A stretch of DNA of 64,000 nt from Planctomycetota bacterium (GTDB lineage Bacteria > Planctomycetota > Planctomycetia > Gemmatales > Gemmataceae): NCBI GenBank assembly GCA_021807595.1, contig JAKBCS010000002.1, forward strand, positions 2,178-66,177, read 5' to 3'. Made by a program: the position numbers and the translations under genes. Below, one piece after another: positions 19,236 to 27,626 of this stretch. The stretch's first letter is position 1. Each line of letters begins with the position of its first letter. Under the pieces are notes generated by a model that had not been told where the DNA came from, searched no databases, and saw only the letters and a list, made by a program, of their open reading frames with translations.

Positions 19236-19700
19236 CTAATCCTTGCCACCATCGTCCCTTCGGCGTGGACCGCGTCGAGGCCCCCGATCCATGTCGCGCA
19301 GTTCGGGGACATCGCTGAGTCCATTTTCATCGGGAGGCGGCTCGGTGACGGTTTGCAAGGCCACCGCATGTTCGTCGCGGGCCAATTGCAGCATGATGTC
19401 CACATGCTTCGGATCGACCTTCAGAATCATCGCCCGCATAATCGTTTCGTTCAGCGCGCAATCGTGTTCGATGGGCGCGACGTTCTTACCTTCAGAGCGG
19501 AAGTAAGTCAAATAATACAGGCCCTTTTTGTGGTTCTTGACCGGATAAGCGAGCTTGCGCTCGTCCCACGGTCGGCTGGCCAACACCTCGGCGCTGTTGC
19601 GTTCGAGGATGGTATGCAATTGCTTGGCGGCGTTGGGAACATCGCCAGCAACCTTATTCGTATCCAGCAAAAACATGCACTCGTAAACATTAACTGGCAT
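19236..19700 (-). CDS. rpsF: 30S ribosomal protein S6
   Basis: The ATG at 19700 is preceded by GGGAG and gives MPVNVYECMFLLD...WDERKLAYPV..G.YYL. An acidic/basic tail follows. Confidence 0.9.
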   Translation of the reverse strand: MPVNVYECMFLLDTNKVAGDVPNAAKQLHTILERNSAEVLASRPWDERKLAYPVKNHKKGLYYLTYFRSEGKNVAPIEHDCALNETIMRAMILKVDPKHVDIMLQLARDEHAVALQTVTEPPPDENGLSDVPELRDMDRGPRRGPRRRDDGGKD

Positions 19701-19724
19701 TCGCAACTCACTCCCTAATATCAG

Positions 19725-19745
19725 TCGGCTATCTTGTCGACTATC
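19725..19745 (-). repeat. leader motif copy, 24 nt upstream of the rpsF ATG
   Basis: The minus-sense sequence reads G ATAGTCG ACAAG ATAGCCGA. It has the same core and orientation relative to the gene as the copies at 1272 and 1425. Confidence 0.65.
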
Positions 19746-19806
19746 CACGCCTAAGTTCAACGATCGAAAAGTTACTCTCCGCCCCATCCAACTCCCGACT
19801 GCTCGT

Positions 19807-19825
19807 GGCCGAGAAAATAGCCGAT
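19807..19825 (+). repeat. fourth copy of the leader motif core, inverted relative to 19725..19745
   Basis: GGCCG AGAAA ATAGCCGA T, located between the pth stop and the rpsF leader. Confidence 0.65.
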
Positions 19826-19828
19826 CAT

Positions 19829-20392
19829 TTACTCTTGCGTGCCATTATACTGATTCATGCACGCACCGACACCCCGACTGGCCCATACGGCCACCGCTTG
19901 TGCGGCCAACGAGACGGCATCGTCGATGATTCTGCGTTCGCCGGCGCTAAAGCGGCCGAGAACGTGATCGATGGCACCGGCGCGGGGGGCATCGACGCCC
20001 AAACGAAGGCGAGCGTATTCGGTCGTGCCCAAATGTTGTTGTATGTCGCGCAGACCATTGTGGCCTCCGTGACTTCCCTTCGCCCGCACCCGCAGTTTCC
20101 CCAACGGTAGATTCATGTCGTCGCAAACGACGAGCAAATCGGTTAGGGACAGCCGATAAAAGTCCATGGCCTCGCGGACACTGCGCCCGCTGAGATTCAT
20201 GAACGTCTCTGGCTTCACCAACAATATCTTCTCGTCATCTTCTATCAGTTCGCACACTTCAGCTTGGAAGCGCGACTGAGAGCGACCGGCTCGGGGACTT
20301 GCCGCCAAGCTATCGACGACGGCGAACCCGACATTGTGTCGCGTGCCGTCGTAGCGTTTGCCGGGATTGCCCAAACCGACGACGATTTTCAT
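19829..20392 (-). CDS. pth: peptidyl-tRNA hydrolase
   Basis: MKIVVGLGNPG..Y..TRHNVGF and GSHGGHNGLRDI. Confidence 0.95.
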   Translation of the reverse strand: MKIVVGLGNPGKRYDGTRHNVGFAVVDSLAASPRAGRSQSRFQAEVCELIEDDEKILLVKPETFMNLSGRSVREAMDFYRLSLTDLLVVCDDMNLPLGKLRVRAKGSHGGHNGLRDIQQHLGTTEYARLRLGVDAPRAGAIDHVLGRFSAGERRIIDDAVSLAAQAVAVWASRGVGACMNQYNGTQE

Positions 20393-20404
20393 GGCGCAAA
20401 CTTC

Positions 20405-20464
20405 GTTTAGCCGCGATCCGCAGGGAATGCGTGGCCCGCGCTCCCCTTCGGGTCGCGGCTAAAC
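20405..20464. repeat. REP-like palindromic element, family A (degenerate copy)
   Basis: GTTTAGCCGCGA...TCGCGGCTAAAC. I count roughly 77% identity by eye to the element at 27852..27913. It fills most of the 74-nt ctc-pth spacer. Confidence 0.7.
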
Positions 20465-20466
20465 AT

Positions 20467-21111
20467 TTACTTCTCCTCTTCGCCTTCCTCGACGGCGGCC
20501 TTGCGTCCGATGACTTCCGGCTCGGCCTGTTCGCCACCCGGAATCGCGCCCGCTTCCGGTTCGGCCTGCGGCGAGGTGACGTGAACGACGATGGCATCGG
20601 GATCGACCAATGCCGTCACATCCGGCGGCAGTTGCAAGTCGCGCACATGAATCGCAGAGCCAAGCTGCAATTCGTTGATGTTCACGCGGATCGAATCCGG
20701 TACGTTGACGGCGAGACACTCGATGGCCAAGGTATGGATGGGTTGATCGAGTACGCCTCCAGCCGACACGCCGGGCGCGATGCCTTTGATCTCGACGGGG
20801 ATAGTCACATGAATGCGTTCGTCGGCGGCGACGCGGCGAAAATCGACGTGCAACACTTCGATTCCCAGATGATCCCACTGCAATTCGGCAATTTGCGCCT
20901 TTTGCAAATCGTTCTCGGATTGCAGATCGACGACGCGCGCCCCGTGCCGCACTGCCGATAGCAGATCGTCCGCCCCCACCGAGACGGATACCGTTTCTTC
21001 CTTGTGACCATAGACAACGCCGGGCACTCGTCCCGCGGCGCGGAGTTTGCGCGCGGTGCGCGTCCCGCGAGTGTCGCGTTTCTCGGTCGTCAATACCACG
21101 GACTCGGCCAT
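20467..21111 (-). CDS. rplY: 50S ribosomal protein L25 / general stress protein Ctc
   Basis: The ATG at 21111 gives MAESVVLTTEKRDTRGTRTARKLRAAGRVPGVVYG. The C-terminal extension is acidic. Confidence 0.9.
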   Translation of the reverse strand: MAESVVLTTEKRDTRGTRTARKLRAAGRVPGVVYGHKEETVSVSVGADDLLSAVRHGARVVDLQSENDLQKAQIAELQWDHLGIEVLHVDFRRVAADERIHVTIPVEIKGIAPGVSAGGVLDQPIHTLAIECLAVNVPDSIRVNINELQLGSAIHVRDLQLPPDVTALVDPDAIVVHVTSPQAEPEAGAIPGGEQAEPEVIGRKAAVEEGEEEK

Positions 21112-21396
21112 TGTTCGCGTCTCACTGCAAAAGTCGAACAGCTCACCGCATCGGCACGGCGAGCGTAAATCTCTCAAACGAAGGGGTTATTATTTCAAGC
21201 GCGGCCTCAAGTTACAAGGGGTAGCGCGGATTTTTCTCGAAGAGGTTCGGTATCGGGCGGTAGGAAAACAGCGTCGCCAGAAACCTCGGAGATTACAGGA
21301 GATCGATCCGATAGATTCGTAAGTTCGGACAACCGCGCACCGTCGGCGTATACCATTCTTCACGAAGGCGACCTCGTCATTCCACAGGATCGAACC

Positions 21397-22668
21397 GTGA
21401 ACACGCCTGAACCGCGCATTTACATCATCGGTGTCGGCAGCGATGGCTTGGCTGGACTGACCAGCCGCCCCCGCGATCTCCTTTTGGCCGCCGATCTCGT
21501 TTTCGGCTCCGAGTCCACCCTCAAACTGTTGCCGGAATTGAAGGCCGAACGCCGCTCGTTCGGACCCGATTGGCACGAAGCCGTCCAGACGTTGACTTCG
21601 TTGTTGGGTCAAAAGCGGATGGCTCTCGTCGCCAGCGGCGATCCGCTCTTCTACGGCGTGGCGCGCTATCTGTGCGACCGGCTAGGCAAAGAGCATTTCG
21701 AAGTGTTGCCCCACGTCAGCAGCATGCAGCTGGCTTTTGCGCGCATTAAAGAGACGTGGGAAGAAGCCTATCTCACCAATCTACAAACCCATCCGCTTGA
21801 GAGCGTTCTCGATCGCATCCGCACCGCCGAGACGGTCGGCTTGTTTCCGAGCGAGAAGGAAGGGCCGTCGGAGATCGCACGGATGTTGCTGGCGCGGGGA
21901 CTCGATTATTTCCGCATGTATGTGTGTGAGAATCTGGGTGGGCCCGACGAGCGCGTCACGCAGGGGGATTTGCGCGACGTGCAAGATATGGAGTTTGCTC
22001 CTCTTAATGTAGTTATTTTGAAGCGCAAGGCTGGGCATCCGGATCGTCCGGCGTCGGCAACTCGCTTTCGTCGATTCGGCAATCCCGACGATGCGTTCGC
22101 GCAGAGCCGACCCAAGAGCGGCCTCATCACCCAAGCCGAGGTTCGCTGTCTCGCCTTGGCGGAGCTGGCGATCCAACCGGCCAGCGTCGTTTGGGATATT
22201 GGGGCGGGGTCCGGTTCGGTGGCCATTGAGGCGGCGCGGCTCAGCGATCCCGGCCCCGTGTACGCCATCGAGCAGGACGCTGCCGACTATCATTTGATTT
22301 TGGCTAACGCCGATACGTTCGCCGCGCGCAACTTATACGCCGTTCACGGCGTCGCGCCGGATGTGTTCGTCGATCTGCCAACGCCGGATGCGATCTTTGT
22401 CGGCGGCGCGGGGCACGAGGTCACGCGCTTGCTCGAATCGGCGTGGCAAGCATTGCGGGCCGGCGGGCGGATGGTGGTCAACGTGGCCACTTTGGAGAGC
22501 CTCTCGGCCGTACACGCGGTCTTAAAACGGCTGGCCGGCAGCGTGGGAGTGCTACTGGTCAATCTGGCGCGCGGGAACGAGCAGTTGGAGACTTTGCGAT
22601 TCGAGTCGGTCAATCCAACCTTTTTGCTGCACGTCGGCAAACCCTCCTCTCCCACTCGGCTACCGTAG
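21397..22668 (+). CDS. cobL: precorrin-6Y C5,15-methyltransferase (decarboxylating), CbiE-CbiT fusion
   Basis: GTG start. The N-terminal half is a tetrapyrrole methylase (IYIIGVGSDG, ALVASGDPLFYG). The C-terminal half is a SAM methyltransferase (VWDIGAGSGSVAIEAA). Confidence 0.85.
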   Translation: MNTPEPRIYIIGVGSDGLAGLTSRPRDLLLAADLVFGSESTLKLLPELKAERRSFGPDWHEAVQTLTSLLGQKRMALVASGDPLFYGVARYLCDRLGKEHFEVLPHVSSMQLAFARIKETWEEAYLTNLQTHPLESVLDRIRTAETVGLFPSEKEGPSEIARMLLARGLDYFRMYVCENLGGPDERVTQGDLRDVQDMEFAPLNVVILKRKAGHPDRPASATRFRRFGNPDDAFAQSRPKSGLITQAEVRCLALAELAIQPASVVWDIGAGSGSVAIEAARLSDPGPVYAIEQDAADYHLILANADTFAARNLYAVHGVAPDVFVDLPTPDAIFVGGAGHEVTRLLESAWQALRAGGRMVVNVATLESLSAVHAVLKRLAGSVGVLLVNLARGNEQLETLRFESVNPTFLLHVGKPSSPTRLP

Positions 22669-22954
22669 GAACACCGGCTCTTCGAGAGACGCGCTCGATC
22701 CGTCGGTGAGAAGCAGAAAATTGGTCTTCCCAAAACACAAGGGACAGGGTATACGCCCCCCTCGTTAGTGGAAATCAAACGCAGGCCATGAAAGGGATCG
22801 CAGAGAGAAGCAGCAGCCGAGTTTCGCTGTGTGCGGGTGTTTGCGGGAATACCAGCACTACCCACCCTCCTGGGTAGGAGCATCTAGTTCGCTGGAACCA
22901 GTGGTTTTGGGTCGGCCACTCCGGCGAGCGCTTCGCAGTGGAACTCATGTCGGA

Positions 22955-23072
22955 CCGGGAGCCGGACCATCGCGTCCGGCTCCCGGGGATACACTCGGCC
23001 GGCGCGGGACCAAGAGCAGACTCGCTCGCCTCTTCGGAGGCGAGCGAACGCACTTTTCTTCCGCGCCGGCCG
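22955..23072 (+). other. cluster of nested GC-rich hairpins; candidate 3' end of an unannotated RNA or a compound terminator
   Basis: H1 is 22955..22967 pairing with 22974..22986 (13 bp, perfect). H2 is 22996..23007 pairing with 23061..23072 (12 bp, perfect). H2 encloses H3, which is 23022..23032 pairing with 23037..23047 and is capped by a TTCG loop. On the plus strand H3 is followed by CACTTTTCTT. Confidence 0.3.
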
Positions 23073-23111
23073 ACTTCCAGGATACGATTTCCTCGGCGAG
23101 ACCGTACTTTC

Positions 23112-23513
23112 CTAATCCAAGAAGTCCACCAAGTCGCGCAGATTCTTTTTGCCGATGCGTCCGGCGATGTCCTTGATAGTGCGCAGATCCTTCCACGGCA
23201 CGGAGTCGTGAGACGTGACCGCGTGCGGCTTCGCGGCGACGGTGGCGGTGGCGGCGGCGGCCTCGACATCGCTCTTCCTGGGCCGACCGCGCTTCTTTCG
23301 TTTTCCGCCAAGGCCGGCTTTGCCCCGCAGGGTACTCTTGTAGGACGAAATCATGTTGGCCGTCATGTCGACGTCGAAATGTTCCTTGATGAACTTCTGA
23401 ATTTCCGACGGCGAACCATCGGGACCCAGATTGCTCATCGCCTGGCGAACGGCCTCCATCTTGTTCGTCCTTGGGTCGGAAACGGCGTCTCCCTTCGGTC
23501 TACCTCGTGGCAT
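23112..23513 (-). CDS. small basic DNA-binding protein with two AT-hooks and a linker-histone (GH1/H15)-like helical core
   Basis: 133-aa ORF. The AT-hooks are PRGRPKG (aa 2-8) and KRKKRGRPRK (aa 71-80). Residues 19-63 (MEAVRQAMSNLGPDGSPSEIQKFIKEHFDVDMTANMISSYKSTLR) align without gaps to the H1/H5 globular helices as I remember them. Confidence 0.6.
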   Translation of the reverse strand: MPRGRPKGDAVSDPRTNKMEAVRQAMSNLGPDGSPSEIQKFIKEHFDVDMTANMISSYKSTLRGKAGLGGKRKKRGRPRKSDVEAAAATATVAAKPHAVTSHDSVPWKDLRTIKDIAGRIGKKNLRDLVDFLD

Positions 23514-23814
23514 TTCGCATTCTCCCCTTTCAGGTGTCCGTTAAAAAATAGTATGTGCCGTCGGTTGACCGCTCTCGATCGCGTGTGTGTCCTGCCGCGT
23601 TGGGTTACATTCCGTCATACCTATGCAACCGCCGACTTGCACCTATCTTACATTCCTTGGCGTCCATTGCAATTCAATAATAGATATTTTTAGGACGACT
23701 GGCCAAGCGCGGCGCGCGATTTTTTTGTCCGATGACTCCTCGCTCCAAATCCAAGGTCGATCCTGTTCTTGAACGCGGCGCGTTCATCGGCCATAATCCA
23801 AGGATGGTCAACCA

Positions 23815-25107
23815 TTGAAGCGGGAGGGACAGAACGTGGCAAAGATATTGATATTATGCGGCGTCGCTTCATTGTGCGCGGCGAACGGTCCTCTGATTTT
23901 GGCCCAAACACCAAGCAAGAAAATCGAAGCTACCGGACGCGCGGATCCGCGTTTGATCGCCTTCGATCGAACGATGAAAACCTTCTTAAGAGAACACGAT
24001 TTGCCCGGCGCTCAATTGGCCGTGGCGAGGCGAGGCCGATTGATTCTCATACGCGGCTACGGTTATGCCGATGTCGCCGCCAAGGAACTGGTTCATCCCG
24101 ATGCCCTGTTTCGCATCGCCAGCATTTCCAAACCGATTTCCGCCGTGGCCGTGCTGCAATTGGTCGAACGAGGCAAGTTGAAATTAGATGCTCCCATCTT
24201 CGACGTGCTGGACCTCCAACAACCCAAAGAAGGCGAGGGGCGGTTCGATCCACGGTGGAAAAAAATCACGATCCGTCAGCTATTGCAACATCGCGGCGGA
24301 TGGGACCGCGACCGCTCCTTCGATCCGATGTTTCGTTCGCCGAAGATCGTCCGAGAATTGCACGTCGAACCGCCGGCTCGTCCCAATGACATCGTTCGCT
24401 ACATGCTGCGAATGCCCCTCGATTTCGATCCCGGAACCAAGGACGCCTACTCTAATTTCGGTTACTGTCTGCTGGGGCGCGTCGTTGAAAAAGCCAGTGG
24501 GCAGACGTATGAGTCATACGTTCGCAAAGAAGTGCTGGCACCCTTGGGCATTCGAAGCATGCGCTTGGGCGAGACGCTTCCGGAAGGGCGGGCGCGAGGT
24601 GAAGTGAAATATCACGTCCCCGAAAGCGAGATGGGGCGCGCGATAATGGGCGCGCATTTGGGAGAATTGGTTCCCTCGCCCTATGGTGCGTGGTGCTTGG
24701 AGTCCATGGATGCGCACGGCGGATGGTTGGCCTCCGCCGCCGATCTGGTACGATTCGTCACCGCCTTCGACGATCCCGCACACTGCAAAATTCTTAAAGC
24801 GAAAAGCATCGCCCTGATGTTGGCGCGTCCGCCGGGCGCAGCGGGTTCTAAGCCAAATGGAAAGCCGCGCGACGCTTATTATGCGTGCGGTTGGATGGTG
24901 CGTCCGGTCGGCGATGGCGGTGGTTGCAACATTTGGCATTCCGGTTCGCTGCCGGGAACTTCCACGTTATTGGTGCGCCGCCACGATGGCCTGGCCTGGG
25001 CGGTTTTATTCAATTCGCGCCACAGTTCGAAAAAGAAAGAGCCTGCCGCCGCCATCGATCCCCTAATGCACGAAGCCGCCGACGCCGTGACCTCCTGGCC
25101 GCGCTGA
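23815..25107 (+). CDS. serine hydrolase of the beta-lactamase / PBP (class C-like) family, secreted
   Basis: It has a signal peptide, the SxxK motif (ASISKP) and the YxN motif (YSNFGY). The start may be the GTG at 23836. Confidence 0.8.
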   Translation: MKREGQNVAKILILCGVASLCAANGPLILAQTPSKKIEATGRADPRLIAFDRTMKTFLREHDLPGAQLAVARRGRLILIRGYGYADVAAKELVHPDALFRIASISKPISAVAVLQLVERGKLKLDAPIFDVLDLQQPKEGEGRFDPRWKKITIRQLLQHRGGWDRDRSFDPMFRSPKIVRELHVEPPARPNDIVRYMLRMPLDFDPGTKDAYSNFGYCLLGRVVEKASGQTYESYVRKEVLAPLGIRSMRLGETLPEGRARGEVKYHVPESEMGRAIMGAHLGELVPSPYGAWCLESMDAHGGWLASAADLVRFVTAFDDPAHCKILKAKSIALMLARPPGAAGSKPNGKPRDAYYACGWMVRPVGDGGGCNIWHSGSLPGTSTLLVRRHDGLAWAVLFNSRHSSKKKEPAAAIDPLMHEAADAVTSWPR

Positions 25108-25163
25108 GCAATGTCTCATAAATTAGAGGTCCTATCCGCCTCTCCGGTGTCCTTTCAACCCAA

Positions 25164-25991
25164 ATGCGAGGTTCCATCATGTCGCTTCCCCTGGAAGGAC
25201 GCACCATCGCCCTGGCGGAGACGCGGCAACTCGAAGAGTTGGCGCGCCTGTTGGAAGTCGAGGGGGCCACGACCCTGCGCTGTCCGTTGGTGAGCATCCT
25301 CGACGCGCCCGATCCGTCGCCGGTGTTGGTTTGGTTGCGCGATTTGTGTGCGGATCGCCTCGACTACATCGTGATTATGACCGGCGAGGCACTGCGGCGT
25401 TTATTGCATTTCGCCGACATGGATGGTCGGCGCGACGCCGTCATCGCTGCTCTGGCGCGGACCAAGATCGTCGCGCGCGGTCCCAAACCGGGGCAAGCGC
25501 TGAAGGAAATCGGCCTGGCTCCCGCGCGCGTCGCCGCTGTTCCCACCACCGAGGGTGTCATCGCGTCGTTGCGGAATGAACCGCTAACGGGGCTGGTTGT
25601 AGGTGTCACACTGTATGGCGAACCGAATCCGGCGCTGGAACATTTTCTGGTATCCGTCGGAGCGTGTGTGCGAACGGTGATGCCTTACATTTATGCCCCC
25701 GCCAGCGACGATGACCGCGTGGTCGATTTGATCGCGAACTTGGAGCGCGGCGCAATTGACGTATTGCTCCTTACCAGTTCGTCGCAGGTGGACCGTCTGT
25801 ATGAGGCAGCCAAGCAACGCGGTGTCGAAGAAACGCTGCAAAAGGGGCTGTCGAGAACGCGCATTGCCGCCGTCGGCCCGATCTTGGCCGAACGCCTCCG
25901 GCGAGAGGGCGCGAAGGTGGACATCTGCCCCGAACAGGGGTTTGTAATGAAAAATCTCGTCCAACACATCAAACGCGCTCTGGCCGAGTGA
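25164..25991 (+). CDS. hemD: uroporphyrinogen-III synthase
   Basis: 275-aa ORF with the HemD-like two-lobed pattern (GRTIALAETR...CPLVSI, LLLTSSSQV, AAVGP). Confidence 0.7.
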   Translation: MRGSIMSLPLEGRTIALAETRQLEELARLLEVEGATTLRCPLVSILDAPDPSPVLVWLRDLCADRLDYIVIMTGEALRRLLHFADMDGRRDAVIAALARTKIVARGPKPGQALKEIGLAPARVAAVPTTEGVIASLRNEPLTGLVVGVTLYGEPNPALEHFLVSVGACVRTVMPYIYAPASDDDRVVDLIANLERGAIDVLLLTSSSQVDRLYEAAKQRGVEETLQKGLSRTRIAAVGPILAERLRREGAKVDICPEQGFVMKNLVQHIKRALAE

Positions 25992-26075
25992 CCCTCTTTT
26001 CCGATTCGCCTATCTCTCCCCACTCGCTCTTGGTACATTCCACGGCCGTCCGACCGCCCTTCGTTCTATTTCGTC

Positions 26076-27614
26076 GTGAGGTCGTGGATGTCCATTCTTA
26101 CCTCATTACCCTTTCGCTTGGCCCCTCATCCAGTCAAACCGGCGCATCGTTCCTCGCCTCCATACGGTCGCCGATTCGGCCCGACGGCTTGTTTGTTGGT
26201 GTTGTGCGGCGGCTTATTTTTCTTCGGTTTGAATGCCGGTGAGTTATATCAGACCGAAAGTCTGCGAGCGATGGTGGCGGCGGAAATGCTTCGCAGCGGC
26301 GATTGGATTGTGCCCACTCTGTACGGCGAACCATTATTGACGAAACCGCCCGGTATGTATGCGGCCATCGCGGCGGTGAGTTGGCCTTTCGGGCAGGTCA
26401 CGACCCTCAGCGCGCGCTTGCCCTCGGTCTTGGCCGCGTCTATCGTTGTCATTCTCTTTTATAGGGTATTCGCGCGCAGTCTGGGATGGAGGGCCGGACT
26501 TCTAGCCGCCCTGTTGTTGCCGGCCTCGATCTCCTGGCTTCAGCGCGCGCCGTCCGCCGAGATCGACATGGTGCAACTCGCTTGGGTAGCGGCATCGTTG
26601 TTCTGTTTCTTGCGCGCGCTGGAAATCGCCGAAACGCCGGAACGTCGCGGCTTTGGCCGCGAATGGCCGTGGTGGCAATTCGCCATGTTGTGTGTCGCCG
26701 GCGGCGTGCTGACGAAGTGGACCGCCGCGGCGTTTTTTTATCTCACGGTCGTTCCGCTGTTGTGGTATCGCGGTCAAATGCGTTTATTGTGGAGCCGCGC
26801 TCATCTTCTCAGTGCGATGCTAGGAACACTGCCGTGTCTGGGGTGGATCGCCGCCGTTGCGGCGCAAACTGGCTGGCCGTCGTTTTTCGATGCCGTGCGC
26901 GGCGAAGCGTTGCCGCGTCTCTCGCCGGCGCATCATACCCGGCCCTATCCGTGGCACGAATTAGCCACTTTCCCTCTCGCTTTTGTCGCCTCGAATCTGC
27001 CGTGGTCGGCGGCGGCGCTGTGGACGCTGTCGCCGCGCTTCGCAGAATTGTGGGACGAACGCGGCAAGCGCTTGCTTCAACTCTTTCATTGTTGGACCTG
27101 GCCGAATCTACTCTTTTGGACGATGGTACCCGGCCATCATTTTCGCCACGCCCTGCCCTTGCAACCTGGCCTCGCCGGGTTGGCGGCCCTGACATGGATC
27201 GCCTGGACCGATGGCCGGCTCCGCTGGCCCATTCCAAACGTGCGACCGCGACAAGTATTCCTTTCACTCCTCGTACTGTGGCTGACGGTCAAAATCGTCT
27301 TCGTGACGACGATTGTACCCTACCGCGACCGCAACCGAGCGCCCAAGAGCAAAGGCGAACAACTCGCCGCCCTCGTGCCGACTTCCGAGACACTGTATCT
27401 GTTTCGGCTTAAGGACGAAGGTATTTTATTCTATTACGGCCGACCGGCGCGGCGCTTGTCGTCGCCGATGTGCCTTCCGAAAGAGGAGCGCGGGGCATAT
27501 TGTTTGCTTACCGAGCTAGAATATCACCAATGGAGTCCCCTTTGTCTTTTGGAACCGCTCGAACGATTTAACGACGAACAGGGCCATCCGATTGTCCTCG
27601 TCAAACTACCTTGA
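26076..27614 (+). CDS. ArnT / PMT-like (GT39/GT83) membrane glycosyltransferase
   Basis: Polytopic protein. Its N-terminus matches the ArnT-family first loop (ELYQTESLRAMVAAEMLRSGDWIVPTLYGEPLLTKPPG). The start codon is uncertain. Confidence 0.75.
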   Translation: MRSWMSILTSLPFRLAPHPVKPAHRSSPPYGRRFGPTACLLVLCGGLFFFGLNAGELYQTESLRAMVAAEMLRSGDWIVPTLYGEPLLTKPPGMYAAIAAVSWPFGQVTTLSARLPSVLAASIVVILFYRVFARSLGWRAGLLAALLLPASISWLQRAPSAEIDMVQLAWVAASLFCFLRALEIAETPERRGFGREWPWWQFAMLCVAGGVLTKWTAAAFFYLTVVPLLWYRGQMRLLWSRAHLLSAMLGTLPCLGWIAAVAAQTGWPSFFDAVRGEALPRLSPAHHTRPYPWHELATFPLAFVASNLPWSAAALWTLSPRFAELWDERGKRLLQLFHCWTWPNLLFWTMVPGHHFRHALPLQPGLAGLAALTWIAWTDGRLRWPIPNVRPRQVFLSLLVLWLTVKIVFVTTIVPYRDRNRAPKSKGEQLAALVPTSETLYLFRLKDEGILFYYGRPARRLSSPMCLPKEERGAYCLLTELEYHQWSPLCLLEPLERFNDEQGHPIVLVKLP

Positions 27615-27626
27615 GTCTCCGCAGCC

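Noticed and set aside
22669-23111. Cobalamin riboswitch, tmRNA or SRP RNA next to cobL
   Set aside because: No gene lies downstream in either orientation for a riboswitch to control. I also could not find the B12-box, a tRNA-like GGTTCGA...CCA end, or the SRP GGAA-AGCAGCC hairpin. I kept the region only as an unclassified structured-RNA candidate.
23090-23115. AGGAAAGTACGGTCTC on the minus strand resembles the RNase P RNA P4 strand (GAGGAAAGUCCGGGCU)
   Set aside because: There are mismatches in near-invariant positions. I saw no complementary ACAGAAnCCGGCUUA-type 3' strand in the region. P1-P3 would also have to overlap the adjacent CDS.
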